This document shows, one piece after another, positions 53,885-63,734 of a DNA stretch of 64,000 nucleotides (positions are counted from its first letter, which is position 1; every line of letters begins with the position of its first letter). A model generated the notes under the pieces. It searched no databases. It was not told the DNA's origin and saw nothing but the letters and a program-made list of their open reading frames with translations. A program made the translations under genes and the position numbers. The stretch comes from Escherichia phage vB_EcoM_ULIM9: the sequence record OQ850288. The stretch is one strand, 5' to 3'.

Positions 53885-54177
53885 TGAGTAAAGTACAGGT
53901 TATTTTCCCTATTTGTGACTTCTCACTAGAGCGTGAACTTGACCTGTACGAAGAAATTACTGACGATATTATCTGGTCTGTTGTAGAAGAGGCTATCAAG
54001 AAGCTGTATGGTGGCCTCTTAAACACATCAAGTAAGAAGTTAAGCACTAAGCAAGTAGCTGACCCATATGTTTCATATGATGCCTACAACAAACCTTTTG
54101 AAAATACCTGCTTTGACCTTATGGTAGGTAATAACAAAGTCAACTATTTCTTCGTCAGAGAGTTTAACGATGAGTAA
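53884..54177 (+). CDS. hypothetical protein (97 aa)
   Basis: ORF track. Confidence 0.45.
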   Translation: MSKVQVIFPICDFSLERELDLYEEITDDIIWSVVEEAIKKLYGGLLNTSSKKLSTKQVADPYVSYDAYNKPFENTCFDLMVGNNKVNYFFVREFNDE

Positions 54178-54514
54178 GCTCCATGTCACAGTGTACAAAA
54201 ACTTCTCAGATATCAAAGAGTCTTTAACAAATAAGCTTGACTTACAACGTAAAAGGCTCTTTTTAATGTATGATATCGACAACTACGACCATCCTAAAGA
54301 GTTTAACTACAAAGATGGTACAAAGGTCGTTGAATTTGAAGATTCTGTAACGGTGTATGTCAAACATGACTTACCAGCAAAGTATATAGGGATGTTAGAG
54401 TACTACATATTCAAACATACCGGTATGCGTGGTGAATCTGTAAAGATATCTTCTATAGAAGTTTTTGAGAAACCTAACACACAACTTAAAAAGTATTTAA
54501 TGAGGAAACTGTAA
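54170..54514 (+). CDS. hypothetical protein (114 aa)
   Basis: ORF track. Confidence 0.45.
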   Translation: MSKLHVTVYKNFSDIKESLTNKLDLQRKRLFLMYDIDNYDHPKEFNYKDGTKVVEFEDSVTVYVKHDLPAKYIGMLEYYIFKHTGMRGESVKISSIEVFEKPNTQLKKYLMRKL

Positions 54515-55095
54515 TGTCCGAAGAGCAACAGAATATCACTCCACAAGTTACACTAGTACAACATTTTGGAAATATTGAAGGGTGTATTGCACTTTTTCAA
54601 CCAAGTATCAACTCTCCTGCAAAAGTTTGCAAGTTGACTATGAATGTTAACAACATCAGTGTTTGCCTTGTTGATGAAGTACAATACTTCAAATTCAATG
54701 ACAGAGAGGTTGATGCTGCACTATTGAAGTATCGAGCAAGCCTTGAAAAAGACATTGACCATAAAGAGCTTGTCACACTGTTTGGTGACCTACACAAGCT
54801 TCTTGAAAAGGTTATTAAGCGTACATACTACATGAACAATGGTTCAATCGTCACAACTTTGATTTCACCATGTATCTCAGAGCCGATTCTGACTGATGAA
54901 GGTGGATACTACGTAGTGGCATCAGCAGATTCTGATTGGTGGATGAAGAATACAGCACTTAAGACGGTTATTGAGGCTATTCGTGAACATATCCCCTCAT
55001 TCAGCCCGTGGAAAGGTAAAGGTGACGATTTTATCGCACTATTGAGTGAAGAAAGTAATAAGCGTAGCGCATTGCTGCCTAAAAAATACTCTTGA
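54514..55095 (+). CDS. hypothetical protein (193 aa)
   Basis: ORF track. Confidence 0.5.
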   Translation: MSEEQQNITPQVTLVQHFGNIEGCIALFQPSINSPAKVCKLTMNVNNISVCLVDEVQYFKFNDREVDAALLKYRASLEKDIDHKELVTLFGDLHKLLEKVIKRTYYMNNGSIVTTLISPCISEPILTDEGGYYVVASADSDWWMKNTALKTVIEAIREHIPSFSPWKGKGDDFIALLSEESNKRSALLPKKYS

Positions 55096-55167
55096 CCAAG
55101 TATACAATATTAACTATGATGGGAGCTATCGAGAGGTAGTTCCCTTTTTAGTTTCTGGAGAATAGAT

Positions 55168-55713
55168 ATGCCTAAAGTGAAAGAACACGATAAAATTATT
55201 CTGTATGTTAAACAGAACCCTTCGAAAAGTGTTGAGGCTGTTGTGACACATGTCTCACACAATGGTACAGTCTATTTTCGACCCCTGAAGAACTTAGACT
55301 TTGATACTACACCAAACCACACATTTAGTACTTCTGCAAGATTGTGTGCAGGGACTGTTTACTCAACCGCTGAGATTGAGTCATTAGCTTTCACAGGTGC
55401 TTATAAGAACTTTATAGGAATTGCTTTAAAGGATTCTGAAGAAACTTTTAAGTTTTTCATGGAGACTAATAAAGGCTGTTATGAACATGTCATGCCAGTT
55501 TTTAAGAGGGTTGGTACAGAACTTACCAGTAAGTGCGAAGAAATTAGCAGTGACCTGAAGGAGCGCAAAACAGCTATTCAGAATGCCATTTACATCATTG
55601 AGAGGAACCATTTAGAAGTTCTTTTCAGAGATATGCTAAAAGCAGGGTTTACTCCAAACGAAATTACAAGAGAAACTCAACGCCAGTTCAGAAATGCTAT
55701 GGTGAAAGAATGA
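55168..55713 (+). CDS. hypothetical protein (181 aa)
   Basis: ORF track. Confidence 0.5.
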   Translation: MPKVKEHDKIILYVKQNPSKSVEAVVTHVSHNGTVYFRPLKNLDFDTTPNHTFSTSARLCAGTVYSTAEIESLAFTGAYKNFIGIALKDSEETFKFFMETNKGCYEHVMPVFKRVGTELTSKCEEISSDLKERKTAIQNAIYIIERNHLEVLFRDMLKAGFTPNEITRETQRQFRNAMVKE

Positions 55714-55928
55714 AAAAGTTAACTACAGTTGAAGACTACTATAAACTGTCCCTGTTAGAACAGTATCGCAGGAGCCAGAATATCAGAAAATGCTATGGTA
55801 AACACGCTGAAGGTGACTTTTACCGTTGCTACGATGCAGATTTAAAAGGTGTAACACCTAGAGGGAAAGTACTGCAAAGACTTGTTGACCTTGAGTGGGA
55901 CAAACGATTGAGAGGGGTTGGGAAATGA
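55710..55928 (+). CDS. hypothetical protein (72 aa)
   Basis: ORF track. Confidence 0.4.
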   Translation: MKKLTTVEDYYKLSLLEQYRRSQNIRKCYGKHAEGDFYRCYDADLKGVTPRGKVLQRLVDLEWDKRLRGVGK

Positions 55929-56368
55929 TTTACGAAGAAAGATACAAGATAGATTTTCAGGATACTCGCCATCATACTTCTTTAAGAGTGACCAAACCAA
56001 ATGGAGAGACTGGTATCATAGCACATTTTGGTGGTGATTATTGGTACGGTACAGGATGCTTTGAAGGTTACACTCAAGAATACTTGAAAGCTTTTTACAG
56101 AGACTTTGCAAACGACTACAACAGGGTTGTTGATGAAAAGAACAAGTGTATTAAGCATGAACACCATGCCAGAGGCTGCCTAAGTATTGTTATGGTACTT
56201 GCGTTCTTCTTAGCAATGTTACTGGCAGTATCAGCAATTAGCTGCATAGCTCAAGATTTGACAATTACACAGATTACTGCAAAGCTACATGATATCTGGT
56301 ACTTGTATGCTGTCCCTTTAGCTGGTATCATCATCTCACTAATTAGGTTCAGAGTTCATAAGAAATGA
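55895..56368 (+). CDS. membrane protein with two C-terminal transmembrane helices
   Basis: 157 aa; LSIVMVLAFFLAMLLAVSAISCIA and YLYAVPLAGIIISLI hydrophobic segments. Confidence 0.45.
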   Translation: MGQTIERGWEMIYEERYKIDFQDTRHHTSLRVTKPNGETGIIAHFGGDYWYGTGCFEGYTQEYLKAFYRDFANDYNRVVDEKNKCIKHEHHARGCLSIVMVLAFFLAMLLAVSAISCIAQDLTITQITAKLHDIWYLYAVPLAGIIISLIRFRVHKK

Positions 56369-56504
56369 CTTAAGGATTCTGAGGTTAAACTTGAAGAGGT
56401 AAGTAAAGAATGCAACCTACAATTATAGCTGTATGTGTTCGTTTTGCAATCGCTGAAATGATTAACAAGGCAATCTTGAAAGATGCCTATGGAGAAACTA
56501 AGTA

Positions 56505-56729
56505 ATGATTAAGACACCTGTACCAATTTTTGGATTTCCTTCTATAGAGGAATTTAAAGTTTATCTTGACAAAAACTTCTATAATGAACAGCCTGTTACT
56601 TTGCTGAAGAGTGACTTATCAGAGCTTCTTGATATGGTTATCAAGGTAACTTCTGAGAAGGAACCTGAGCAGAAAGCTGAGAAGAAGACTAGTAAGAAGT
56701 CCGATAAGAAGACTGAAAAGTCTGAGTAG
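56505..56729 (+). CDS. hypothetical protein with K/E-rich tail (74 aa)
   Basis: ORF track. Confidence 0.4.
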   Translation: MIKTPVPIFGFPSIEEFKVYLDKNFYNEQPVTLLKSDLSELLDMVIKVTSEKEPEQKAEKKTSKKSDKKTEKSE

Positions 56730-56782
56730 TAGCTTGAGGGGTTACTTGATAGCCCCTTTGTAGAAACTTAGAAGGTAGCGAA

Positions 56783-57205
56783 ATGAAAGAGCTTATTGGT
56801 AAAAGATTGACAGTTTACTGCTCTAAAACAAAGACACCACTCACTTCTATGAAGGTCTTTGATGTTGACGACACTGGTGTAGAGTATCCAATCCAATGCA
56901 CAATAATTACTCCATTCAACGCAGATGATATGGATTTTAAAGAATGTGAAGTGATATCTTTTAATGCTGATGGGTATTGGAGAGGTAAGTTAAATAAGCA
57001 ATCAAAAGATTTTGATATGCAAATACTTATCAATGGAGGCTATATCGGTGTAAAAGATATCCTTGTAGAAGCCTATGAAGAAGGTATAATAGATGTTGTG
57101 CATGATGTTGAAGAAGCTTTAAAGCTCATTATGCCACATTTAGAATCTGGAAAGCTGACTTTAGAGATGCTTAATAGGGTTATTCGGAGAGCTTATGAAA
57201 ATTAA
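56783..57205 (+). CDS. hypothetical protein (140 aa)
   Basis: ORF track. Confidence 0.45.
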   Translation: MKELIGKRLTVYCSKTKTPLTSMKVFDVDDTGVEYPIQCTIITPFNADDMDFKECEVISFNADGYWRGKLNKQSKDFDMQILINGGYIGVKDILVEAYEEGIIDVVHDVEEALKLIMPHLESGKLTLEMLNRVIRRAYEN

Positions 57206-57659
57206 AGAAGTAGTCCAAAAAGCAATGCTTGACAACTCAACTAAAGATGACATGTACAAAGAGATTTGTGATAAGTTGAATTGCTCAAGACATGCTGCTA
57301 AAGTTCTTGTACATTGTTTTATCTGGGAATGCTCAGAAGCCTATATGCAATATGTAGCGTTTGAAAGTTCTCACTTACTAGGTGATGTAGAAGCTGGTGA
57401 GAAGCTAAAAGAGCCTGAAGTGAAAACAGTTCCCAAAGTTGGTAATGTATACCCTCTTAAAGATTTCAAGACTGGAAAGATTGTTGCAAAAGGTGTAGTA
57501 GAATCTGTTTATCACGATGGTAAATACTTACTTAAAATATTTGAGTATGATAGCCACTACACACACTTGTGTGGGATTACATTCTTAGTAACAGAAGAAG
57601 ACCTCATTAAGAACAACGGCAACAAGTTTGCAGTTCCAGCTTACCAAGTTTTACGATAA
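57195..57659 (+). CDS. hypothetical protein (154 aa)
   Basis: ORF track. Confidence 0.45.
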   Translation: MKIKEVVQKAMLDNSTKDDMYKEICDKLNCSRHAAKVLVHCFIWECSEAYMQYVAFESSHLLGDVEAGEKLKEPEVKTVPKVGNVYPLKDFKTGKIVAKGVVESVYHDGKYLLKIFEYDSHYTHLCGITFLVTEEDLIKNNGNKFAVPAYQVLR

Positions 57660-58221
57660 TGGTGTGATAGCTATGGAAAAAGATAACTTAAAAGAAGTTG
57701 AAGGTAACTATCTAGTCCTTGACTGGAGTGATATTCGGGAAGCACTCTCCGAAGAAAATCTTGACTGGCTCCAACAAATCATCTTTGCAGTACGGCATAA
57801 CAGAGAGACTGTAAATGGTAAAGAGCCATTAGAAGGAATCTTTGTAGAGAGGTCTTATCCGTTCTATGAAGACACTTTACAGAAAGTTAAGATGTACTTT
57901 AGACAGAAGAACCGTAAAGTAGTCACTATGGTCTCTCTTGGTGGACAGAGTATGTCTATCATGGAAGATATCAACCCTAAGAGACCGAGTAAAGGTGTTT
58001 GTATAAAAATCACAGGTCATGAAGAGTATATCTCAGTGGACGATTTTAGTGTATTCTGTAATGGTTCTGCTGTCTTTAATGGGTTTCACTATGATATCCG
58101 AGTGTACCCAATCAAGGGTGATGCTGTTATGATGCAGATATTTGATAACAACAATGGGTTTACTCATTTTTATCAGACAACTAAGTCATCACTAAAAACA
58201 GTTTTAGAAAGCTTGATTTAA
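57628..58221 (+). CDS. hypothetical protein (197 aa)
   Basis: ORF track; last gene before a terminator. Confidence 0.5.
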   Translation: MQFQLTKFYDNGVIAMEKDNLKEVEGNYLVLDWSDIREALSEENLDWLQQIIFAVRHNRETVNGKEPLEGIFVERSYPFYEDTLQKVKMYFRQKNRKVVTMVSLGGQSMSIMEDINPKRPSKGVCIKITGHEEYISVDDFSVFCNGSAVFNGFHYDIRVYPIKGDAVMMQIFDNNNGFTHFYQTTKSSLKTVLESLI

Positions 58222-58232
58222 AATATCTTAAG

Positions 58233-58265
58233 AGCCTCCTTAATTGGGGGCTTTTTAATTTTTAT
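58233..58265 (+). terminator. intrinsic terminator ending the plus-strand gene block
   Basis: AGCCTCC-ttaattg-GGGGGCT followed by TTTTTAATTTTT. Confidence 0.55.
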
Positions 58266-58269
58266 AAAA

Positions 58270-59798
58270 TTTTATCGGTTGTCCCAACCTCTGGGTCACC
58301 ATCATATGTGAATAAAATATCTACCCTTCTTAACAACCTTCTTAATCTTACTCTCTATATAGTTATATAGTACTATATAGTATCTTAGTATCTATCTAGT
58401 GGTCTTAATAGCCCCTCTGTATAGACCTTCTAAACACTCTTCTAACAAGCCTTCTTAACAACCTATACAATCACCTTAACCATCTCTCTATACCCTCTTA
58501 GAAGCCCCTATACACCTCTTAATCTCTAGGTAAGCTATGTTACCCTCTATAGGTGTTCACTAGGTATTACTAAGCCTCTATATAGACTGTTTTAACAAAC
58601 TTAACAGGAATATCTTTACAGACCTTATCTCACAAGGTCTAACACGGTACTAACAAGGTATCTTATAAGCCTGTTATTACCTGTATTTTAGAAAGACTGT
58701 ATAGGTAATTATTCAGATTTTTAAAATTTTTATAAAATAGGACTGTCAAGTCATTTTTTAGGGTCTTTGAAGGAACTGAAAAATATCTGTAGAAGATGTA
58801 TATCTGCTTGGTAGCCCTTAACATCCCTGTAACATCCCCTTTGCAAAATTTTAAAATATCCTTAACAATCTCTTAACAACTCTCTCAAGCTCTTAACATC
58901 TCTTCAGAGGTCTTAACAGATTCTTAACAGAACTAACAAAGCTGTAACAAGTTCTTAACAGTCGATACATGGTCTTTATAGTTTCTTAACAGATGACTAA
59001 CAAGAGCTAACAAGTTAATTTTTAAGAGTTATTTTGTTAAGACAATTAACAAGTTCCTAACAAGTGTCTAATCTTTTTAACAAGCTATTAACATGGTCAC
59101 TATCTCTTTTCTTATCGTTCCCTTTCACTCTTAGTGATTCTCTAAATAGCCCTCTTAAAAGCTCTCTATAGCTCTTTGTAAGCTCTTTTAAGTCTCTTCC
59201 TAGTAATTACACCCCAACTATGAAGAAAGCTCTTTATAGGGCTTTACAGGGGCTTTAAAGGCTCTTACAAGGCTTTTACTTGGTCTTAACAGAGATTTAA
59301 CAAGGGGCTAACAAGTTGCTAACAAGTGCCTTAAAAGCATAACTATGTAGGGATTGTTAAGAAATTGTTAAGAAAATGTTAAGGGGGCTAGCATTTACGT
59401 AACTTTTAAGCAACTTTTAATCTACTTCATAGCCCCTATAACATACTTTTAAGACTCTAACAAGCCCTTTTTAGTTATTCACAAGAATACTGACGAGATG
59501 ATAAAGCTTACACCCTTATAAGATTCTTTTAAGCCTCTATAAAGCCCTGTAAAGAGCTTTTTAAGGTTGGTTAATGCAATCCCTTAAGTTAGGTTGATAA
59601 GGCTGTTATAGAGCTTTATAGAGCGTTTTAGGGGTTGCCCTTCCCTTTCGGGTTATGGGCTTATATTTAAGTTGATTTGATAAGGGGCTATAGAGTAATC
59701 TATAGAGTTATTGCTTTTTAAGGTATGAGATAGATTCTATCGAATTAGTGGGATAGATTCTGGAAAGGGAAAGGATTGTATAGGGATTTGATAAGACG
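58270..59798. repeat. ORF-free, strand-skewed region dense in short direct repeats
   Basis: No ORF of 60 aa or more except one overlapping the flanking terminator; plus strand very G-poor; recurring CTTAACA(A/G), CTAACAAG, (C)TATAGAG, TGTTAAG x3 near 59350, GGGATAGATTCT x2 near 59730. Confidence 0.6.
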
Positions 59799-59826
59799 TA
59801 AAAAAGCCCCTATGAGAAAGGGGCTG
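59799..59826 (-). terminator. intrinsic terminator ending the minus-strand small-gene block
   Basis: Minus-strand hairpin AGCCCC-loop-GGGGCT followed by TTTTTT. Confidence 0.55.
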
Positions 59827-59863
59827 TTGAGGTATCTGGGGCTATTTAGCCCCGCTGCGTCGA

Positions 59864-60112
59864 TTAGTTGTAACCTTGTTTATTGTAGTACAGGGAAACA
59901 ATCAAGTCACCCCAGTAATGATAGTGATGCTCGTCGTTTAATGCCTCTTTTACAGCATCTTTCCAGAAGTCATCAGTAGGGTTATAATCTGGAATAACTT
60001 GTTTGATAACTGTCTTCACTAATGAAAAACACTCATCAGTTCCACCAATATCGAATTTAACGTCCAGAGTATAACAGCCATAGGCATTGACAGTAGCGCG
60101 GATAGTTGCCAT
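59864..60112 (-). CDS. hypothetical protein (82 aa)
   Basis: ORF track; preceded by type A cassette. Confidence 0.5.
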   Translation of the reverse strand: MATIRATVNAYGCYTLDVKFDIGGTDECFSLVKTVIKQVIPDYNPTDDFWKDAVKEALNDEHHYHYWGDLIVSLYYNKQGYN

Positions 60113-60120
60113 TTTTGAAT

Positions 60121-60184
60121 CTCCTAGTTTAAGGGTTTTATTTAGTGGGGAGGTTATCGCCTCCCGTTGATTAGTAATTTACTG
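60121..60184 (-). repeat. type A upstream cassette, copy 1 (variant)
   Basis: CTCCTAGTTTAAGGGTTTTATTTAGTGGGGAGG-ttatcg-CCTCCCCGTTGATTAG; hairpin kept by compensatory changes. Confidence 0.6.
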
Positions 60185-60442
60185 CATATTGGCGTATGTT
60201 GCAAGCCTTTTTTCGTTGTATTTTGTAAGAATCTCACAAGATACGACATCATACTTTGTGACAGCGTTGCCTTTGTCGAGGTCAAAAAAGCCAAACGCTT
60301 TACCATCTTTGAATCCGACAACTTCGTAAGACTCTTTGATGATTTCACCATTGAATAAATCGCTTTCGATACGGTGAAACAGTGCTACATCTTCTTTGTC
60401 AGTTGCAATTTGTAAAAGTGTGGTTAATTCTACGTTTTCCAT
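60179..60442 (-). CDS. hypothetical protein (87 aa)
   Basis: ORF track; preceded by type A cassette. Confidence 0.5.
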   Translation of the reverse strand: MENVELTTLLQIATDKEDVALFHRIESDLFNGEIIKESYEVVGFKDGKAFGFFDLDKGNAVTKYDVVSCEILTKYNEKRLATYANMQ

Positions 60443-60451
60443 CTTGATAAC

Positions 60452-60520
60452 TCCAGTTTAGGACTTTATTTAGTGGGGAAGGTCATTCCCTCCCCGTTGA
60501 TTGACAATTTACAGACTTTT
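60452..60520 (-). repeat. type A upstream cassette, copy 2
   Basis: CTCCAGTTTAGGACTTTATTTAGTGGGGAAGG-tcatt-CCCTCCCCGTTGATTGACAATTTACAGAC; hairpin 60476-60496. Confidence 0.65.
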
Positions 60521-61039
60521 TATTGTCTCGTCAATATCTTTTTCAATATCTTTTAAAGTTTTTTCTAAGTTCTTGATATTGAACGTTAAACCTTCACCGA
60601 GAGTCTTAGAGTAACCGTTAGGTCGATGGTCGTAAAGCTCGATTTCTTCCACTTCGAAGAGACTAACAGTCCAACCGCCTACGCCATAGGCTGAAGCAAC
60701 AGAGTTTTCAGGGGCTTTATAGAACTTGTTTAGTGACTTGATAGAACGTTCATAAGCCATTTTATAACCGTTTAAAAGGTTTTTAACGTGGTTGTGAACG
60801 TTTTTACACTCATCTAAGTAAATCTCTAAGAATAACGGTAATAATTCCGCTACAGCTTGCATAAAGTGAGAGACTACAACGGTTGAAACATTACGACGAT
60901 GAACGTAATAAGCCCCGTTTTCTGATTTGGTGATTGTTGCGAAATGTACCCCATTACAACGGAATTCGTATGTATCTTTTACAGGCTTAGACATTACAGC
61001 ATTTGAACGAATGAAGTTGATAGCTTGAAATTTGTTCAT
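60509..61039 (-). CDS. hypothetical protein (176 aa)
   Basis: ORF track; preceded by type A cassette; my hand count puts the stop about 1 nt from the track coordinate. Confidence 0.5.
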   Translation of the reverse strand: MNKFQAINFIRSNAVMSKPVKDTYEFRCNGVHFATITKSENGAYYVHRRNVSTVVVSHFMQAVAELLPLFLEIYLDECKNVHNHVKNLLNGYKMAYERSIKSLNKFYKAPENSVASAYGVGGWTVSLFEVEEIELYDHRPNGYSKTLGEGLTFNIKNLEKTLKDIEKDIDETIKSL

Positions 61040-61047
61040 TTTAGAAT

Positions 61048-61112
61048 CTCCAGTTTAGGACTTTATTTAGTGGGGAGGTTATTGCCTTCCCGTTGATTAG
61101 TAATTTACTTGT
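61048..61112 (-). repeat. type A upstream cassette, copy 3 (variant)
   Basis: Hairpin variant GGGGAGG-ttattg-CCTTCCC. Confidence 0.6.
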
Positions 61113-61259
61113 TTTGATAGTTGATTGCAAGTAATTTTTTGAGCTTATCTATAAAGAATCTTTTAAGTGAATCCCTTTTAGATAAACCCCCTCGAACAAA
61201 GTTACCAATGTCAAGGGGTATTGTCAACACTTTTTTAAAAGTTTTTTGTAAGTTATTGA

Positions 61260-61601
61260 TTAACTGATGAATATTTTTTCAGGTTTTACATAGCTGATAC
61301 GTTGGTTTTTTAGCAGGTCATCCCAGATTAACGCGGCGATATGGGCATAACCGGATTCACGTAAAAGCTTCATTGTTTTACTTCTCGTTTCAAAACGGCT
61401 TGCGTAGTACTCACTATTTAAAACCGTTTTATTCCCTTCATTATCTACATGGATAATCTGCATCACTTGAAAGGGGCTTGTGTCCTCGCCTTTGTTCCAC
61501 TGTTCAAAGTATTTTAGGCACTGCATAGGTGACATCTTATCACTTACTTGAGTTGACCAAGATGCGCCAGCTTTATCGGTAATTACGGTTACATAAGCCA
61601 T
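61260..61601 (-). CDS. hypothetical protein (113 aa)
   Basis: ORF track; preceded by type A cassette. Confidence 0.5.
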   Translation of the reverse strand: MAYVTVITDKAGASWSTQVSDKMSPMQCLKYFEQWNKGEDTSPFQVMQIIHVDNEGNKTVLNSEYYASRFETRSKTMKLLRESGYAHIAALIWDDLLKNQRISYVKPEKIFIS

Positions 61602-61610
61602 TTTTTGAAT

Positions 61611-61680
61611 CTCCTAGTTTAAGGATTGTACTTAGTGGGGAAGGTCATTCCCTCCCCGTTGATTGACAATTTACAGACTT
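61611..61680 (-). repeat. type A upstream cassette, copy 4
   Basis: Near-identical to copy 2 over hairpin and 3' flank. Confidence 0.65.
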
Positions 61681-61693
61681 TTATCAGGCTTGT

Positions 61694-61927
61694 CTAGTCT
61701 TTTTCAATGATAATTTCATATTGACCGTCAACACTGTCGAAATAGATTCCGTCGTCATCTTCTGTCTTAAAGTAACATTGTATATCATCACTGGCGGGAT
61801 AGTCTTGCCTTGCTATCTGGCAAACTTGAATAGCATTTTCTTTACTTCCTGTAAACTCTTCAAGCCCTTTAAAGTCACATGAATGGCCATTACAAATTGA
61901 GAGGATGAGATAAACGGTTGTAAGCAT
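61694..61927 (-). CDS. small Cys-containing protein with hydrophobic N-terminus (77 aa)
   Basis: MLTTVYLILSICNGHSC resembles a signal/lipoprotein-like leader. Confidence 0.4.
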   Translation of the reverse strand: MLTTVYLILSICNGHSCDFKGLEEFTGSKENAIQVCQIARQDYPASDDIQCYFKTEDDDGIYFDSVDGQYEIIIEKD

Positions 61928-61993
61928 GATTTAAGCCCTCTAAAAGCCCCTACAAGGGGCTGATTAGTGTTTATAAGGTGATTGCATAGGTTT

Positions 61994-62536
61994 TTAGAAA
62001 AAGCTCTTTAAATCCTCTTCTGCAATGTTTCCTGTCAGTGTATCTATGATGTCACAAAAAACCTGAATACTGTCCGACTGTTGAACACTTTTAGCAAGTA
62101 GTTCTAATGTCTCATCAAGATAGTTCATATTTGGGTTATCCAGTGAAGGAAGACAAAAAGGCGAATACATAGCGTTAAACTCTGTTGTATAGACCTTTTT
62201 AATCCAGTTTACATCAAAGTACTCTGTAAAACTTGCTACACTCGACATATTATCACAAGAATAATCATCATTTAGCTCATCATCTGGAATATCGAGTTCT
62301 AAGATAACAATATTTTGGGTTTTCATCTGGAAGGCCGCCGTAATAGTGGCGTTCCCTAGAGCTTGCTGAATGCCCTCCGATGTTATCTCTTCATCATCGT
62401 CGCCATAGATTTTATTTTCTGGATACACGTAAAAATTGCCGTCCATATCCGAACAATTCCATGCGCCTGATGGTTTATCACCGTTATTAATCAGGTTGAG
62501 GAAATTTTCTTGAGTAGTTCCGTGATAACATCTCAT
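61994..62536 (-). CDS. hypothetical protein (180 aa)
   Basis: ORF track; preceded by type B cassette. Confidence 0.5.
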   Translation of the reverse strand: MRCYHGTTQENFLNLINNGDKPSGAWNCSDMDGNFYVYPENKIYGDDDEEITSEGIQQALGNATITAAFQMKTQNIVILELDIPDDELNDDYSCDNMSSVASFTEYFDVNWIKKVYTTEFNAMYSPFCLPSLDNPNMNYLDETLELLAKSVQQSDSIQVFCDIIDTLTGNIAEEDLKSFF

Positions 62537-62544
62537 TTTTGAAT

Positions 62545-62625
62545 CTCCAGTTTAGGATTGAGTAGTAAAGCTCTTTATCTGGGGCTTAAGATATCAACTT
62601 TTAAGCCCCTTGTAAAGTACTTTAT
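62545..62625 (-). repeat. type B upstream cassette, copy 1
   Basis: CTCCAGTTTAGGATTGAGTAGTAAAGCTCTTTATCTGGGGCTTAA-loop-TTAAGCCCCTTGTAAAGTACTTTA; 9-bp perfect hairpin. Confidence 0.6.
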
Positions 62626-62825
62626 TTGTTATTTTTGACAACTTTTAAAACTGCAAGATAGCCTAAGCAATAAGAATCACCGAAGAGAGTCCTACCCATG
62701 AAAGAATCCTCTTTGATATCCTTTGCAGTGACAGTTTTTTCTACGCCGTGGGAAAGGACTATATCACCAACTTTGATATCTTTGATGTGTGTAGTTTCAA
62801 TGGTTAAACCATTAATAATAGCCAT
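62622..62825 (-). CDS. hypothetical protein (67 aa)
   Basis: ORF track; preceded by type A cassette. Confidence 0.45.
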   Translation of the reverse strand: MAIINGLTIETTHIKDIKVGDIVLSHGVEKTVTAKDIKEDSFMGRTLFGDSYCLGYLAVLKVVKNNK

Positions 62826-62834
62826 TTTCAGAAT

Positions 62835-62930
62835 CTCCAGTTTAGGACTTTATTTAGTGGGGAAGGTCATTCCCTCCCCGTTGATGTGTAATTTAATCTA
62901 TCTAAAAACCAGTGTCAACAAAAATTTTTT
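62835..62930 (-). repeat. type A upstream cassette, copy 5 (extended)
   Basis: About 90-nt near-identical to copy 6, including GTTGATGTGTAATTTAATCTATCTAAAAACCAGTGTCAACA extension. Confidence 0.65.
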
Positions 62931-63348
62931 ATAGTTCTGCATAAATTGCATCGCAGATATTACGGAAATCGTGATTTGCCAAATTACGCTGCAACCAAGT
63001 GGCGAAAAAGTCAGCGATTGCAAAGTTAGCATCATACTCGACAGATAACCACACTTTAACAGCAAATCGGAACATTTTCAAATCTAACTCTTTATTCATT
63101 ACCTTAGATTTGCCTAACATGTCGGCCATTTCATGTTGTGCACCGTCTAGCGTGATACCTGCTGCAACGTCAGTCAATGAGTTTTTTACGCTTTCAACGT
63201 CTAAGATAACACTTTGAATCTTCCCAATAATGTTTTGCAGTGTTTCATCTGGTGCTGATGACGTGATAACATTAATCCGGTTAACGGTCAAACGTGCTTT
63301 TAAAATTGATAATTCACGGTTATTAATAGCCATTTTTAAGTTCTCCAA
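62929..63348 (-). CDS. hypothetical protein (139 aa)
   Basis: ORF track; preceded by type B cassette. Confidence 0.5.
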   Translation of the reverse strand: MENLKMAINNRELSILKARLTVNRINVITSSAPDETLQNIIGKIQSVILDVESVKNSLTDVAAGITLDGAQHEMADMLGKSKVMNKELDLKMFRFAVKVWLSVEYDANFAIADFFATWLQRNLANHDFRNICDAIYAEL

Positions 63349-63425
63349 TTTAGGATTTAGTGGTAAAGCTCTTTATCTGGGGCTTACTTTATCGAACTAT
63401 AAGCCCCTTGTAAAGTACTTTACAT
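63343..63425 (-). repeat. type B upstream cassette, copy 2
   Basis: Same flanks; hairpin GGGGCTTA-loop-TAAGCCCC with different loop. Confidence 0.6.
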
Positions 63426-63734
63426 TAAATGCAGTTTTTTGCCTTTTACTATAATGTAACTCGATGCGCTATTGCTTTGCACATCTTGATAAATTCTGCG
63501 TAAACGTCCTTCGTAGTATACTTTCCAACTGGTTGGAATCTTTTTCCCGTATCCTGTAGCAGTTTTTTGGAGTCCTGCAACTTGCCAATTTAAGATGTGT
63601 TGCTCAGCCCGTAAATCTTCAAAGCACATCACACCGTCTACATAGTGACGCAAGGTGACATTTAAGGTGCGACCATTGTTAGTAGTGTACATTTTAAAAG
63701 CTCCTAGTTTAAGGGTTTTATTTTGACAGTTCAC
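63420..63734 (-). CDS. hypothetical protein (104 aa)
   Basis: ORF track; ATG at 63732-63734 lies inside the partial type A copy. Confidence 0.45.
   Translation of the reverse strand: MNCQNKTLKLGAFKMYTTNNGRTLNVTLRHYVDGVMCFEDLRAEQHILNWQVAGLQKTATGYGKKIPTSWKVYYEGRLRRIYQDVQSNSASSYIIVKGKKLHLM

Noticed and set aside
58270-59798. Possible CRISPR array in the repeat-rich non-coding region
   Set aside because: Repeats are short (7-12 nt), irregularly spaced and of several different families; there are no uniform 25-40 nt direct repeats with unique spacers and no cas genes.
59776-59979. 67-aa plus-strand ORF at the edge of the repeat region
   Set aside because: Overlaps the minus-strand terminator and the 3' end of gene 59864-60112; no RBS; likely spurious.
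60476-60496. Type A cassette hairpin as a Rho-independent terminator
   Set aside because: On the transcribed strand the hairpin is followed by ACTAAATAAAG rather than a U-tract, and the next gene's RBS follows within 30 nt; a structural or regulatory role is more consistent.
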